The notes below the pieces were generated by a model. It was given only the letters and a program-made list of their open reading frames with translations. It did not search any database and was not told the origin of the DNA. From the NCBI RefSeq assembly GCF_963921235.1, contig NC_086097.1:102674001-102738000 (forward strand): a DNA stretch of 64,000 nt, read 5' to 3'. This document shows positions 61,322 to 64,000 of the stretch, piece by piece. The position numbers were made by a program, and so were the translations under genes. This DNA comes from Mobula hypostoma. Taxonomy: Eukaryota. Position 1 is the first letter of the stretch, and every line of letters starts with the position of its first letter.

Positions 61322-63367
61322 TACTTCAGTGGTTGATAAGTTGATGGAGAAGATCCTGAGAGGCAGAATTTTTGAACATTTGGAGAGGTATAATATAATT
61401 AGGAATAGTCAGCATGGCTCTGTCAAGGGCAGGCCGTGCCTTACGAGCCTGATTGAATTTTTTGAGGATGTGACTAAACACATTGATGAAGGAAGAGCAG
61501 TAGATGTAGTGTATATGGATTTCAGCAAGGCATTTGATAAGGTACCCCATGCCAGGCTTATTGAGAAAGTAAGGAGGTATGGGATCCAAGGGGACATTGC
61601 TTTATGGATCCAGAACTGGCTTGCCCACAGAAGGCAAAGAGTGGTTGTAGACGGGTCATATTCTGCATGGAGGTCGGTCACCAGTGGAGTGCCTCAGGGA
61701 TCTTCTGGGACCCTTACTCTTCGTGATTTTTATAAAAGACTTGGATGAGGAAGTGAAGGGATGGGTTAGTAAGTTTGCTGATGACACAAAGGTTGGGGGT
61801 GTTGTTGATAGTGTAGAGGGCTGTCAGAGGTTACAGCGGGACATTGATAGGATGCAAAACTGAGCTGAGAAGTGGCAGATGGGATTCAACCTGGATAAGT
61901 GTGAAGTGGTTCATTTAGGGAGGTCAAATATGATGGCAGAATATAGTATTAATGGTAAGACTCTTGGCAGTATGGAGGATCAGAGGGATCTTGGGGTCCC
62001 GAGTCCATAGGACGCTCAAAGCAGGTGTGCAGGTTGACTCTGTGGTTAAGAAGGTGTACGGTGTATTGGCCTTCATCAATTGTGGAATTGAATTTAGGAG
62101 CCGAGAGGTAATGTTGCAGCTATATATGACGCTGGTCAGACCCCACTTGGAGTACTGTGCTCAGTTCTGGTTGCCTCACTGCAGGAAGGATGTGGAAACT
62201 GTAGAAAGTGTGCAGAGGAGATTTACAAGGATGTTGCCTAGATTGGGGAGCATGTCTTATGAAAACAGGTTGAGTGAACTTGGCCTTTTCTCCTTGGAGC
62301 AACAGAGGATGCGAGGTGACCTGATAGAGGTGCAGAAGATGATGAGAGGCATTGATCGTGTTGATAGTCAGAGGCTTTTTCCCAGGGCTGAAATGGCTGC
62401 CGCAAGAGGGCACAGGTTTAAGGTGCTGGGGAGTCGGTACAGAGGAGATGTCAGGGGTAAATTTTTTTTACTTAGGAAGTGGTAAGTGCATGGAATGGGC
62501 TGCCGGCAACGGTGGTAGAGGCGGATATGATGGGGTCTTTTAAGAGACTTTTGGATAGGTACATGGCGCTTAGAAAAACAGAGGGCTATGGGTAACCATA
62601 GCAGACATCCCACCCTGCAAAAACTCATTTCAGGGAGGTAGCACTATCAATTTGCAGGAGACTCCCGGAACTTTCGGGAGAGGTGGAATGTCTGCAATAG
62701 AGTAGCTCCTGAGCAGCTAGCCAGCTAGTTTAAATAATGTTAGCTATGCTAATGAACGAATGATACCTGTTAAACTCACCTCAACATGTCTTTACAGTCT
62801 TAACCCACCACGGGCAATAGAAGAGTCACTGTTGCAAACAGCGCAGCGAGCAACACTGTCATTATTTTGACCCCTATTAGGCAGGGGTACACTTTAGTGT
62901 AGTCTGGGTGACGTACGTTTTATATTTTCTTTTTTTGGAACACTCTGCCATGGTGCGCGCTCGCTCGTGCTCTCGCTTGCTTTCTCTCTCGCTTTCCCGC
63001 TCGCTCGCTCTCGTGGTCACTCACGCGCTCTTTCGCGCTCTCGCTTTCCCTCCCGTTCGTGCGCTCTCACTTGCTTTCTCTCTCATGCGCACACTTTCTG
63101 TCTCGTGGTTACTCTCACACTCTCTCTTGCTTTCTCTCACACTCTCTCTTGCTTTCTCTCTCTCACTCGCTCTCAAAAAAATTGATTTCTGTGATATTGT
63201 ATATAATTTGCGGGCATCAGGGAGCCACTATTAATATGCGGGAGACTCCTGGAACTTCCAGGAGAGGTGGGATGTCTGCCATAGTAATTTCTAAGGTAGG
63301 GACATGTTCAGCACAACTTTATGGGCTGAAAGGCCTGTATTGTGCTGTAGGTTTTCTGTGTTTTCTA
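61322..63367 (+). mobile_element. 5'-truncated CR1 with a DNA element inserted near its 3' end
   Basis: YMDFSKAFDKVPH, KFADD and RPHLEYCAQFW fragments; the 3' UTR resumes after 63284. Confidence 0.9.
62602..63278. mobile_element. Non-autonomous TIR element (hAT-like MITE, 677 bp)
   Basis: 13-bp TIR cagacatcccacc / ggtgggatgtctg and 6-bp TSD ccatag (62596-601, 63279-84); internal CT/GC-rich simple repeat at about 62955-63175. Confidence 0.85.
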
Positions 63368-63374
63368 AAAGTGG

Positions 63375-63595
63375 GTGTATTAGGGTTGCACAGTTAATGC
63401 ACGGCTATTACATAGCCAGCAGTCTAGGTTTAATTTTGCTGCTGCCTGGACATTCTTCCCTTGCCCGTGTGGGTTTTCTCCGGGTGCTCGTTTCCTTCCA
63501 CAAAGACATACGCGTTAGTAGGTTAATTGATTCAATAGGTGTAATTGGGTGTCACAGGCTCATTGGGCCAGAAGGGCTGTATTTCTAAATAAAAT
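63375..63595 (+). mobile_element. tRNA-derived SINE, degraded
   Basis: Core gtgggttttctccgggtgctc-gtttccttccacaaagac and a CR1-like 3' end gggccagaagggc. Confidence 0.6.
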
Positions 63596-64000
63596 TTAGA
63601 AATACTTGAAAAGCAAGATACCATTGATGCTGAAAACCCAAAACAAAAACAAAATGATGGAAATGTATAGCTTTGGGATTATAGTAAAACTTAGACAATT
63701 TTCCATCCCATTGTTGGGGATCTTGCCGATTTGGCACGTTTCCCACGTTCCCTTTAAACTCGTGGTGGAGTGGGAGGAATGCTTCCAATACTTCCTTAAA
63801 ACTCGCAGGGGAGAGGGAGGAACGTTTCCCACACACTTCAAACTCATGGAAGAAGGGAATGTCTGCTGCATGCACTTTAAAGATTGTTTGCATAAAAATT
63901 GTGTGATTGAAAGTACATTGAAATATTAAGAAGAATACTGTCCAATAGACCACAAAATCTACAAGCTCAGCATGCCCAAAATCCAGAGTGATGCATGTTT

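Noticed and set aside
62908..63397. Leu/Ser-rich ORFs
   Set aside because: They are translations of the CT/GC simple repeat inside the MITE.
63585..63953. Overlapping 91-122 aa ORFs at the window end as a further exon or gene
   Set aside because: No resemblance to the next expected UBR1 segment, no motif and no convincing splice sites.
1..64000. Prokaryotic systems (CRISPR, retron, group II intron, operons) suggested by the many RT ORFs
   Set aside because: The RTs carry CR1, L1, Rex1 or Gypsy motifs, they sit in spliceosomal introns of a vertebrate gene, and no repeat-spacer array is visible.

Overview
This is eukaryotic, repeat-dense genomic DNA. The repeat repertoire suggests a cartilaginous fish, probably a ray (inference). 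The window lies inside one + strand host gene, the N-degron E3 ligase UBR1. Ten coding exons (1225 nt, all GT-AG, phases consistent) were read by eye between 3428 and 61063 and include the RING-H2 domain; the ORF track misses most of them. The introns are mostly transposable elements: many CR1 LINE copies in both orientations, a full-length 5.8-kb L1 with a 15-bp TSD, Rex1/Babar-like LINE fragments, Penelope-like (GIY-YIG) elements, a Gypsy solo LTR, an internally deleted Gmr1-type Gypsy with an open gag-protease ORF, Tigger/pogo, Tc1 and hAT-like DNA elements, and tRNA-derived SINEs. The most interesting signal is a family of minimal type-I hammerhead ribozymes in the Penelope terminal repeat. 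Three copies have an intact core. One of them is a free-standing 134-bp insertion with its own 15-bp TSD, in sense orientation 92 nt downstream of a UBR1 RING exon. Boundaries of degraded repeats are approximate, and family names come from motif recognition, not database searches.
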